Assembly: GCF_009914755.1 (NCBI RefSeq)
Contig: NC_060946.1
Reading direction: 5' to 3' (one strand)
Length of the DNA stretch: 64,000 nucleotides
From: the human T2T-CHM13v2.0 reference genome, Homo sapiens
The translations under genes were made by a program, and so were the position numbers. Below the pieces are notes generated by a model. It saw only the letters and a program-made list of their open reading frames with translations. It did no database searches and was not told where the DNA came from. Below, piece by piece: positions 14,200-25,583 of this stretch. How positions within the stretch are numbered: position 1 is the first letter of the stretch; each line of letters starts with the position of its first letter.

Positions 14200-14480
14200 C
14201 ACTGCTCTCAGGTTTGACGCACCTGTCCCAGTGTCCGCTGATGGTTTTGTCTGACGCGCTCAGGCCTGCGATGGTCGCCGATGGCGGCTTTTTCTAACTC
14301 TAGTTTTCCTCCATTTGTTAGTTGGTTTTCTGGCCGTGAGGAAAAGCTTTTCTTCTCCTGTTTATTGGGACTTGGGGATTCTCACTTTATTACCAGTTAC
14401 AAGTCTTTCCTGTCATTAATGGTGTTGATGCTCTACATTTCCCAAGCTTGGTGCGGGAGACCTTTTAAGGATTTTTTCCA
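14200..14480 (-). mobile_element. Old L1 (L1MC/L1ME-like) 3' fragment
   Basis: gatggcggcttttctaactctagttttcctccatttgttagttgg...gaaaagcttttc resembles L1MC4 antisense. Confidence 0.4.
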
Positions 14481-16574
14481 TGGGAAGAAGGCAGTAATAG
14501 AGTTGCTCTAGAGTGGAAAATTGCATTTTGTATGAAAGTCACATGGGCGCATGGGAGGGCTAAGGAGACGGTCCATGCAGGGAGATAGGAGAAGACAGGA
14601 GGGCCACACATGACCAGGTAGTAAGCCCAAGGCTGCGGTCTCCGGGCTCAGGTGAGGGGTCGCCTTCTTCTCTGAGATGGGGTTGGGAGATGTGGGAGCT
14701 GCCCTCCCTGAGTGTTGGGGGAACCTGGAGCTGGGCGTTGGGCAGGCGCCATGATGGGGTTGGCGGCAGAATGCTGGCGAGGAGGTGGGCTCTGGGCACA
14801 CCCAGCGGCTTCTGAGACACACATGCGCTCTGCCCTCCCTCGGATCCTGTGTGCCATGGGAATGCCAGGTGGGGAGGGAGTGAGGTGGGGACACTCAGGC
14901 TTTGTGTGACCCATCAGAAAACGGAGGAAATTGTGATTTGCTCCCAGTCTAAGGCGTTACGAGAAGTGAGAATTTTTCAGGGATCTGTGGTTACATTTCA
15001 GTGCTAGAAAAGTGAAAAGAACTCATTTCTGTCAGAATGGGGTAAGGGGCCTCTTAGTTCTTTGTATGTAATGGTGATGAATAAAACTTCCCTTGAAATT
15101 TATCCTTTGATAAAGGAATCTCATTTTTAAACACCTTCCATCTATTATTTAAAAGGTTTGGAGCTCAGTGCCCAAGTAACTTTGTCCTGCTCTCTTGGTA
15201 GCCGCGAACGTCCCTTTAATACGTTCCATTCCTGCATGCTGCCTGTGGACACCTCTGCAGTGGTGGGGCTGCTTATGGATATGGAGGTGGAGCAGAAGTA
15301 GTTTGTAATGGGCAGTCACATTCCCAGGAAGCTCTGGTGTGGACAGGTGCCCCAGAGATTGCTCAGGCACCTCGTTCTGGGCACTGAGGCCTGTGCCAGG
15401 CGTGGGGGCCCAGAGCGACCTGACTCTGGCCGTTCCTGCTTCCCCTGCGTCAGTGTGGCTGCTGGCACTTCTGTTCTTCCTATCCATGGAAGGGGCGCCC
15501 ATGGAGGGGCGGAGTTTTCCCTGTGTTTCGTCTGCAGCGGAGTTTCTGCGTGTTCTGCTGGATGCGTGTGGATCTGTGCCGTTGGTCTGTTCTGGGCGCA
15601 CATGCAAGCCCATCACGTCTCATTCTAGTTTTTGTCCTTGATTTGTTGTTTCAGTGACATCAGTCACTGCATGAAGAGTACAGGTGCCCCCATTTTAATG
15701 CAATCTGAGGAGACAGACATTGGCTAGACTGCTTTTAATTTAAGCCTCCTCTTCTCTGCCTGCCGTTCGGCTCGGCTGTCCTGCCTCTTGGAACCAGTCC
15801 GTCTGTCCGTCCCACTCTCTCCCCTGCTTGGGCTGACGACACACATTCATGTGAGTCAGTCACTGTTGGTGGCTGTTTAGTGAATGGCCACTTGGGCCAC
15901 GTCGCTGAGCACCATGAGGCATTAAGAACATCAGGCTTAGGCTCTAAAGATGCGTGAGCTGGGACACTGGCTTGGTAGCACTCCCCCACCACCGTGTCTC
16001 CTGCTCACCGGTCGTCATCGCCATGAGGAGTGGGTCCTGGTGGTGGGCGGGGCCAAGGCTGCTGAAAATGGAGGCGACTGGGATCCTGGGTGGGACGAGT
16101 GGAAACACGGGATCCTCAGGGCCCTCGCCTGTCACTCACATTTTTCTGGAGGAATTCAGTATGTGGCATACTTAAGCAGTTCTCCTTTCCTTCCCCTCAT
16201 CCTCCTCCTGTCTTAGCCAGACGTTCCTGTCAGCATAGCACTCACTGTGGGGTCCTGACAGCCCCCGTGCTCCTTGGAGTCAGTTACTCAGCAAGTCTTA
16301 TCCAGCCCCTGTAGTGTTGGAGGCTCTGGTGCAGGAGACAGTGAGCAAGGCCAGCCACAGCCCCTCTTCACTCCCGCGCCTCCCAGCTGGCCTGGCGCCC
16401 ACATCCAGCACAGGGAGGGAGCACGGAGCCTGCGTTTGTTCACTTTCCGAGTGGCCTCCCAGTGCGCTGGGTGGAGCGGGCAGCACCCCTCCACTGTCCA
16501 GCGGTCCCAGCACCTGCTCGTGCCTCCTACTCCCTCCCAGCCTGGTGGCTTCCGGATCAGGACATGAACACCCT

Positions 16575-16800
16575 CACACTTCAGCAAGCATCTGTGAAAC
16601 GTCCACTGTGTGCTGGGACCTGAGTGGACAGTGATGAGCTAGACAAGGTCCTTCTTAGGGAACTCTTCTCTGATGAGATGGCAGATTGGGAGGACAGACG
16701 GGAGCCGTCACTGGCTGTAGTTTCTGTGACAGCGAGCGTGAAGGACTGAGTTGAAGAAGTGTCCAGAGAAAGCTGTGCAGAGGTTGGGACATCGGTGCTG
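16575..16800 (-). mobile_element. L2 LINE 3' fragment
   Basis: ttcagcaagcatctgtgaaacgtccactgtgtgctgg...agacaaggtcct. Confidence 0.5.
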
Positions 16801-17054
16801 AGTCTCGTATAGGTGTTTGGGGGCAGAGGAAGCAGTGTGGGTGTGCAGGGAGGGAGGATGGGGCAGCAGAATCAGCAGTGGGGGCTGTGGGCAGGCAGGG
16901 GTAGTGATATGGGGCATGTGGGATAGAGACGTTGTGGGCAGTGGTGTGAGCAGTCGGGGGTGTGCAGGGAAGGACGTGGTTTGGAAAGTGCTTTTCCCGG
17001 AAGGTATGCTAGGATGATCCATCCTACCCATCCATCCCTCACTGGCTGACCCAT

Positions 17055-17310
17055 TTAACCCTCCATCCTTCCCCTCTGCCTTAACCCTCCATCCTTCGCT
17101 TCTCCCTTAACCCTCCATCCTCTCCTCTCTCTTAACTCTTCATCCTTCCCCTCTCCCTTAACCCTCCATCCTCTCCTCTCCCTTAACTCTCCATCCTCCC
17201 CTCTCCCTTAACCCTCCATCATGCCCTCTCCCTTAACCCTCCATCCTCCCCTCTCCCTTAGCCCTCCATCCTCCCCTCTCCCTTAACCCTCCATCCTTCC
17301 CCGCTGCCTT
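17055..17310. repeat. Polypyrimidine minisatellite, ~25-26 bp unit ttaaccctccatcctcccctctccc, ~10 copies
   Basis: Directly visible tandem copies. Confidence 0.95.
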
Positions 17311-17344
17311 GATCCATCCCCCCACCCATGTCTCAGCCATCAGT

Positions 17345-17470
17345 CCATCCATCGATCCATCCATCCATTCATGGAAAACTTTTACTGGGTCTTGCTCTTT
17401 GGGCCTAGGGATGGAAAGGAATGGAAAGATTTCATGTCGTCATGAGCTTGCATTCTTATGGGAGGAACAG
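17345..17470 (-). mobile_element. L2 3' end with (CCAT)n tail
   Basis: ccatccatccattcatggaaaacttttactgggt...atgagcttgcattct. Confidence 0.5.
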
Positions 17471-17999
17471 CCTTGCAAACCACCAAGGCCACTAATGTGC
17501 TGCCCCTGCCTCACACAACCTACAGGTCACCCAGTCAGCTGACCAGCAGCCGGTGGTGGGAGGCTCTGGGATCAGGGTCACAGCTCAGACTCTCAGTGGC
17601 AGGATTCTCAGCCATACAGTGCGTCGGGAGAGAGGGACTCTATCCGGGGAAGCTCTGCGTCTTCAACCTCGCTGTAGACTTGGGTTGCATCAGCAATTTC
17701 TTACTGCAGATGGGATGACTCGTTTATCTGAGTAATTTGTGCTGTTTTCACTGGGAGTTTCTTATTTCTCTGTTTCCTTCTCCATTTAAAACAAGGGTCC
17801 TGCCTGTTGGTGTGGCACTGTCTGTCAACCAGAGCTTTCTTGTTCCTCTCCTGATTCTCTGCCATGCCTGGGTTTCCAAGCTGGAGTTTGGGGGAATCCT
17901 GAGCCATCTCCTCCTTGCCTTGCTGCAAAGGAGAGTGCAGTGCAGTCGGTGGCTTTCCTTCTGCCAAGACAAATGCAGTGAATGAATGTGGTGGACAGG

Positions 18000-19053
18000 C
18001 CCTAGGTGACTGCCATGGGTCATCACCTGCCTTGGTGTCATCCCCTCTCCTGGAGTTCAGTTAGAGTCTGAACTTAATTCTAATCGATGGAACATGGGAT
18101 TGTAGGATATCAATCCTGTAATTATATAATTACAGGATTATATAATAATCCTGTAATTATTATATAAGACTCCCCCTTAGCAAGCAGGAGCTAGAGATTT
18201 CCCTTTGCTTCTGAAGTAAGGGGCTGGCCAGAGAAGCCCACATGGCAGGGGCTTATAGGCAGCCTCCAGCCCACAGCTGGCTCAGTCCTGTAGCTGCCAA
18301 GGAGTGAATCCTGCCTGCAACCTGAATGAACCAGGACACAGGTTCTTCCCCAGTCAGGCCTCCTGATGAGGATGCAGGCCTGATGGCAGCTTTGTGAAGC
18401 CCTGAGCAGGGAACCTAGCAGAACTCCACCTGTAGCCTGGAGCCCTGAGCAGGGAACCTAGCAGAACTCCACCTGTAGCCTGGAGCCCTGAGCAGGGAAC
18501 CTAGCAGAACCCTACCTGTAGCCTGGAGCCCTGAGCAGGGAACCTAGCAGAACCCCACCTGTAGCCTGGAGCCCTGAGCAGGGAACCTAGCAGAACCCCA
18601 CCTGTAGCCTGGAGCCCTGAGCAGGGAACCTAGCAGAACTCCACCTGTATCCTGGAGCCCTGAGCAGGGAACCTAGCAGAACTCCACCTGTAGCCTGGAG
18701 CCCTGAGCAGGGAACCTAGCAGAACCTCACCTGTCGCCTGGAGCCCTGAGCAGGGAACCTAGCAGAACCTCACCTGTCACCTGTCACCTGAGCAGGGAAC
18801 CTAGCAGAACCCCACCTGTCACCTGGAGTCCTGAGCAGGGAACCAGGCAGAACCTCACCTCGAGCCTGGAGCCCTGAGCAGGGAACCTAGCAGAACCTCA
18901 CCTGTCGCCTGGAGCTCTGAGCAGGGACTCTAGCAGAACCCCACCTGTAGCCTGGGCCCATAGAGACTGTGACCCATACAGACTCATAAATATATGTTGT
19001 TTTAAGCTGCTAAGTTTATGGTAATTGGTTACAGAGCAACAGAAAACTAATAA
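18000..19053 (+). mobile_element. MaLR LTR, MLT1E/MLT1F-like, containing a minisatellite
   Basis: ttatataagactc, tcagtcctgtagctgccaagga.tgaatcctgcc, ttcttccccagtc, and 3' end tgttgttttaagctgctaagtttatggtaattggttacagagcaacagaaaactaata. Confidence 0.8.
18399..18955. repeat. 43-bp VNTR gccctgagcagggaacctagcagaactccacctgtagcctgga, ~13 copies
   Basis: Unit starts at 18399, 18442, 18485 and onward; high identity. Confidence 0.97.
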
Positions 19054-19809
19054 AATGAACAAAGGACAAATAATCCCACAGAGTCCCTGTCTCCCTCCCG
19101 CCCCAGTGCTGGGGTTCAGGGCCTGCTCCTCTCACTTCAATGCAGCTCTGACGTTCCTGGGTCAGGAACTGCCACCCGCTTGCCACCCCGCCCACTGTTG
19201 GCAGGCACTGCTGGCTGTGGCAGTGTAGACAGGGCTGAGTGGCTTACAGTGAGGGTCTCAGAAGGGTCCCACCACCCCTTCCACTCCACAGGCTGGGCAT
19301 TTTCCCTCAAATAGAGAAAAGAATACAATCAGGATTAATAAAAAATCACAGCCCCACAGTTCATTTACACTTGATCAGGGAAATGAGCACCAAATGTTGG
19401 ACATTTTTCCTGTTTCCGGTCAACATTGATGTTAATGATCTCCAAACAAAGATGCTTTCAGGTTTGGTGACAGCCTGTACACCCAGTGCTCTAGTTCATG
19501 TTTTCAGGGAGCTGACTCACTCTGCTGCTTGAATCAACTGAAAGCTGGAAAAAAATATGTGAAACAATGGTTTTTAAGATACAGGACATAAGGCAGCCGG
19601 GCCATCCCTGGGAGGGAGGAAAAGTACAGGGTGAGCTCCATGATTGCATGAAAGCATTGCCTGGAGAGAGTCTCTGGAGCATGGTGTCAGGAGGCACCTG
19701 CAGGTCTCCCTGAGTTTAGACAGAACAGGGAGTCTGGGGAAGCCACGGCATCTGGGGGTTCTTAGGGCTGAGGCTGGGAGAGGAGAAAGCAACTCAGAAC
19801 CAAAGTTCT

Positions 19810-19867
19810 GGTGACAGAGCGAGACTCTGTCTCAAAAAAAAAAACACCAAAACAAACAAACAAAAAC
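19810..19867 (+). mobile_element. Extremely 5'-truncated Alu (last ~24 nt plus A-rich tail) with 12-bp TSD
   Basis: ggtgacagagcgagactctgtctc-A11; TSD accaaagttctg (19799-19810) / accaaagctctg (19868-19879). Confidence 0.8.
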
Positions 19868-21856
19868 ACCAAAGCTCTGCACGGGTTCCTTTCAGGTATT
19901 AAGCTGAATACTGATCAATGCACGGATGTGAGGTTGGGGAAGAACCGCTTGAAATGATGACAGAGAACAAGCCTCAGAGCCCTTACAGGGTGGAAACTGT
20001 GTCTGTTCTCCAAAGCAAGAACGGAAAACTTTAGAAGTCCCCGGCATCAGGTAGGGGACTTAGAAGGGTTTTCCTTCAGTAGTGGTAGTATAGAAACCTG
20101 AACGAAATACTACTCTGGCCCCAAAGCTTAAAAACAGGATCCCACACAATTAATCTGTTCCCAAATGACTTAATTGCATCCCAGCAAAAATTCAAAGATA
20201 TTTATAGGAATAAAAAAATATCAGGTTTCCAACAAGATAAAAGTGACAATATCTAGCTTTCAAAGGCATTGTCAGCCATGCACAGAAATGGAAAAGATCG
20301 CAGATAATGAGAACAAAAGTCAATCATAACTGACCCAGAAATGGTACAGATGTTAGACTCGTTAGTTAGGCAGAGTCATTAAAGCAGGTATTATAACTGT
20401 ATTTCATATGTTAAAAATCTGGAGAAATAGATAAAGACATGGAAGTAGAGACATGGAAGTTATAAAAATGATCCACATTGAACTTACAGAGAGGAAAGAC
20501 CATGTCTTAAATGAAAAGCATACTGTGTGGGATTATCAGCAGATTAGACTTTGTACAAGAAAAGATTCATGAACCTGCCAACACAGCAATAGAAACTATT
20601 CAAAATGAAAGAGAAAAAAATGAACAGAGTCAGTGAACTGTGGGACAATTTAAGTAGCTTTATATACCTGTAATCTGTGGTCCCCTAAAGGGAGGAAACA
20701 GAAAAAATATTGGAAGAAATAATACTCAGTTAAAAAAAATCATATGGAACCTATAAACCTGTAGAATTGAGAATGTGAATGAATGCCAACCGAGCAGAAA
20801 ACATGAAGAAAACCAGAACAAGGCATGTCATAATCCAATTGCCCAAAACTACTAATATAAAGAAAACATCAGAAGCATCCAGAGGAGAAGAGACACCCTG
20901 CATTACAAAGGTAAGCATGACAACAGCAGTCTCATTGGAAGCATCAAGCCTGGAGACAAGGGAGCAGCCTGTTTGGACTATTCAAAGAACAGCAAACCAG
21001 AGAAACCTGTTAACCAGCAAAAGTATCTTTCAGAGATGGAGGTGAAATACGTGCTGTTTCAGACATATAAAAGCTAAAGGAATTCGACACCAGGAGACCG
21101 GGATACCTGCATGACAAGCAATAGGTAAACTTGCAGGTGGAAGGAATATGGTCCTAGATGACCGTGTGGACCTGCACAAAGATTGAGGAGTGCCCAAAGT
21201 GGCAAGTCTAGGAATGCATTGAAACACGTTTTCTTGTTATTGAAATATCTTCAAAAACAACCAAATGGTTAAAGCAGAAACAATAACAGTGTACTGTGGG
21301 TTTTCTAACACATGCCGCGGTGCGATGAAGATGACAGGAGCGTAGGCGTCGGCAGGGAGAGATGGAAGTACATCGTGGTAAGGCCCTCACGCTGTGCTGC
21401 CTGTGAAGCCGGGTAATCGTATCTGGAGGGAAACTGTGGTAAGGCAGGGACACATACCATCACCCTTACAGTCACCGCTAACATAACCAGACAGAGCTAT
21501 GGCTAATAAGCTAACAGAGGAGATAAAGTAGATTATATAAAATACTCAATTAATATAAAAGAAGGCCAAAAAAAGGAAAAGTGGAACAAAGAACAGATGG
21601 GACAGTTGGGCCACACTAATAGTAGTATGGCAGGTTCTAACTCAGCCATATCAGTAGGTGTGTTCAATGCAAATGATCTAGACACTTTAATTAAAAGGCA
21701 GATCGTGTTAGATTGGATTAAAATCAACACCCAACTGTGTCCTTCACTCGAGGGTTCTTTGGGCTGAGGGTGGGAGAGGAGAAAGCAACTCCGAGAGAAC
21801 CAAAGCTCTGCAGGGGTTCCTTTCAGGTACTAGGCTGAATATAGTTTCCATACTTT

Positions 21857-22158
21857 AGGGCATGGTTGCTCAAACCCATAGTCCCAGCACTTTGGGAGAC
21901 TGACACAGGAGGATTACTTGGGCCTGGGAGTTTGGAACCAGCCTGGGCAACATGGTGAGACCCCGTCTCTTAAAAAAAAATTAGCTGGGCATAGTGTAGT
22001 GGCAGACGTGTGCCTGTGGGCCTAGCCACGCGGGAGGCTGAGTTGGGAGGATTGCTTGGGCCCAGGAAGTCAAGGCTGCAGTGAGCCATGATCACGCTGC
22101 AGCCTGGGTGACAGAGCAACACCCTGTCCCCTGTCTCAAAAGAAAAAAAAGAGAAAAG
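21857..22158 (+). mobile_element. AluJ
   Basis: Dimeric Alu with J diagnostics ggaggattgcttgggcccagga.gtcaaggctgcagtgagccatgatc. Confidence 0.9.
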
Positions 22159-22877
22159 CCCACAAATATGAAGAAGCAAATAGTTTAAAAATAAAATGGT
22201 GGGAAAAGATATTTCATGCTAACACCAATCTAAAGAAAACGGTAATGTCTATATTAATGGCAAACAGTAGATTTCAGAATAGAGAATATTATCAAGTATC
22301 AAGAGGATCATTTCATATGATAGAGTGGGTCAGTTAATCAATTGGACATAATTTTAAGTGTTTATGCGTCCAATAAGACTGTATCAAAATACACAGCAAA
22401 ATCAGATAAAAATGCAACAAGAAATGGACAGAGACACAGTCACTGAAGGAGATTTTGAGCTCCTCTCTTCAGGAAGTGTTAGAACAAGTAGAAAATCAGG
22501 TTATAAGAAGCTTGAAAACACTGTCAACAAACTTGACTTAATTGATTTTTATAGAAAATTCCAAGAGTGCACATTCTTTTTAATTTTGCACATGGAACAT
22601 TTACCAAGATAGACCATATTTTGGGCCATTAAAAAAGTTTCAATAAATCTTAAGGGATTCAAGAAATATGAAGTATTTTTTGTTTTCTCTTAGCACAATG
22701 GAATTAAATTAGCAATCTTTAGCAAGATACCTGGGAAATCCTCAAATATTTCTAAATGAATTAACCCACTTTTAAGTAACCCATGTATCATAGAAGAAAC
22801 AAAAGGGAAATGAGAAGGTATTTTGAAGTGAATGACAATAAAATCCAACACTTCAAAATTTGTGGGATGCAAAAGAG

Positions 22878-23230
22878 CAGTACTTAGAAACGTATAGTAC
22901 TTCCCTTAGAGGGAAACCTATAGCACTAAGCAGTACTTAGAGGTCAACGTATAGTACTGAGTGTGTGAGAAGAGGCTGTATTTACAGGGAAACATATAGT
23001 ACTGAGTGTGTGCGAAGAGGCTGTGCTTAGAGGGAAACGTATAGTATAGAGTGCGTGGCAATATGGCCATGCTTAGAGGGAATCATATAGTACTGAGTGT
23101 GTCAGACGAGGCTGTGCTAAGAGGGAATTGGATAGTACCGAGTGTGTGAGAAGAGGCTGTGCTTAGAGGGAAACGTATAGTGCTGAGTGTGTGAGAAGAT
23201 GGCAGTGCTTAGAGGGAAACGTATAGTGTT
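22878..23230. repeat. ~45-bp minisatellite ctgtgcttagagggaaacgtatagtactgagtgtgtgagaagagg, ~7 copies plus partials, derived from L1 ORF2
   Basis: Tandem units; core gcagtgcttagagggaaa..tatag matches the L1 KAVLRGKFIAL-coding segment. Confidence 0.85.
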
Positions 23231-24588
23231 GTAGAGAAGTGCAGACTGGTATCCATCATGAGCATAAATGTAAGGATCCTGAACAGATTTTAGTAAATCA
23301 AATCCAACAGTACACATCCCGATGATGTAGGGTTTATCCTAGAATGTGAGGTTGATTTTCAGTCAATGTAATTCTTATTATTAACATATTTAAAAAGAAG
23401 AACAAACCCATAAAAATCACATCTATATATGCAGAAAAATCATTTGACACAATCCAATATCCACTCTCAATGGAAACTCTCAGTAAACAAGAACAGAAAG
23501 GAACTTTTGAAGCTGGATAAAGAGCATGTTCGATGTTTAAACCCATAGCTGACATAATAGGAAAGGGAGGGTGTCAATGGAAAGCTTTCCCCCCAAATCG
23601 GAAACCTGGGACAGTGTTCCTTCTTTTCACTTCTGTCCGGTGTGTATACGGGAGATTCTGGTGGCAGAAAGACAAAAACGTACATTCATTTATTCGTACA
23701 TACATAGAAATGTAAGTGGCATCTAGACCAAAAAGGAAGAAGTAAAACTCTCTGCTTTTGCAGACAACATGATCATCTTTTTTGAAAGTCTGATGGCATT
23801 TACAAAAAAGCTACTAGAAAGAACAAGAGTTTAGCAAGGGTTCAGGATACAGGATCTACATACAAAAATAAACTTTATTTTTGTATATTAACAGTGAGAA
23901 ATGAGAAATTGAAATTGAATGAGCAATACAATTTATAATAGCATGAAAATGTGAAATATTTAGGGAAAACACTATGATAAAATATGTAATAGGCCTGTAC
24001 ACTGAAAACTACAAAACAATGCTGAGAGAAATGAAAGATGACCTAATCATGTTCAGAGATCAGAAGACTCAAGAGTATTAAATGTCAGCTCTCACCAAAC
24101 TGATCATACATTCTACTCAATTGCAATCAAGATCCCACATGCTTTTCTATAGAAATTGACAAGCTGATTTTTAAATTCATATGGAAATACAAACTCCCTA
24201 GAATGGCTAAAACAACACAGAAAAAGATGAACAAAGTTGAAGGACTTTGTTCACTTTTTTCTTTTTTTGTGTGTTCACATTAGCTGATTTCAAGAATTAT
24301 AAAGCTTCAGTAATCAAGACAGCATGTTGTTGCCATTGAGATAAGAAAAGAGATCAGTGGAATAGAAGAGAGTGCTGAGAAATGGAACCGTGCATATGTG
24401 CAATGATTTCCAAAAAGGTACAAAAGAAATTCAGTGGCAAAGCATATATTTGTTATGCGTATAATCGTTACATATGTTGAGCAAATGAAGAAGTTCCAAT
24501 TGAAAATTCACATCAGAGGAAGGAGTTTGAATTCATATTTTGTGCCATGTTAAAAAGTTACCTCAAAATGAATCAGAGACCTATGTTT

Positions 24589-24877
24589 TGTTTTTTAAAT
24601 TTATTTTTATTTATTTAACTTTTTATTTCTATAGGTTTTTGGGGAACAGGTGGTATTTGGTGACATGAGTAAGTTCTTTAGTGGTGATTGGTGAGATTTT
24701 GGTGTACCCATCTCCCGAGCAGTATATACTGAACCCATTTCGGGGTCCTTTATCCTTCACCCCCTTCCCACCCTTTTCCCCTGAGTCCCCAAAGTCCACT
24801 GTGTCATTCTTATGCCTTTGAATCCTCATGGCTTAGCCTGGTTGGGGTGGGAGACTAGTCTTCTAAGTGAAGTTAAC
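24589..24877 (-). mobile_element. L1PB-type 3' fragment with 5' inversion and 16-bp TSD
   Basis: T-rich tail, then ggtttttggggaacaggtggtatttgg...ccccaaagtccactgtgtcattcttatgcctttg (antisense); inverted piece gagactagtcttctaagtgaagttaactcag; TSD tcagagacctatgttt at 24573-24588 and 24878-24893. Confidence 0.85.
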
Positions 24878-25583
24878 TCAGAGACCTATGTTTGAAACCT
24901 AAAATTATAAAACTTCTGCAAGGAAACACAGAGCGTCTTTGTGTGACCTTAAGCTAGGCAAGCAAGATTTCTTGGAATAATGGCCAAACCCTCACACATT
25001 AAAGAAAATTTGGACAAATAAATCGGACCTTACCAAAATTAGAATCTGTTTTTCAGATGATACTATTAATATAATAAAAAGACAAGCTAAAGACTGGGCG
25101 AGCCTTCCAGAAGTGCGGGCTGCGACAGAGCCTAGGGCCAGGCCTGCCTTCTGGACTCTCCCTGTCTTGTCCAGCCCACTCCTCCCCCCTGGGCAGCTTT
25201 GAACTGCGGGTTCCCTGGCCGTGGAGCACAGTCAGGGCCCCTGGAGCTTCAGGCACCCAGGGAAGCGGCTCCGTCATCTGCATTTTTAAAGGAAGTAAAT
25301 CAGATTTGTTGTTGCCTTCTCATATGGAAATGACCCTGTTTTGGAGGGGTGTGCTGAGTAGCTCGTGTGCACGTCTGTGAGGTGAAAATGATTTAATACC
25401 TTGTTGCTTCAGTGCCATGTAGCTCTAGAAGAAGTTGTATTTTAGATTATGTTACTGTCAAAAAAATAGACCTCAATACCTCTCTAGAGATGAAAAGATT
25501 GCGTGCTGTGGCGTCAGATAAACACCATTTCTTTACAACCTGCCAGGAGGATTTATTTCATTCTGCACTCATGTTTACTGAGA

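Larger units (their letters stand above)
19500..25085 (+). mobile_element. Degraded old L1 (L1MC/L1MD-like): 5' region, ORF1 and ORF2 remnants, interrupted by Alus, a minisatellite and an L1PB
   Basis: ORF1-like RHVIIQL (about 20820); endonuclease-like GDF...LENTVNKLDLIDFYR (22440-22556); RT-start-like ISIMSINVRILNRF (about 23250); aaactacaaaacaatgctgagagaaat; ataaaacttct. Confidence 0.85.

Noticed and set aside
18399-18955. CRISPR-like regular array (also 53139-53227 and 58312-58552)
   Set aside because: Head-to-tail tandem units with no unique spacers, no cas genes, and a eukaryotic context
19500-25085. Functional L1 ORF1/ORF2
   Set aside because: Heavily mutated, internally deleted and interrupted; only short residual ORFs remain
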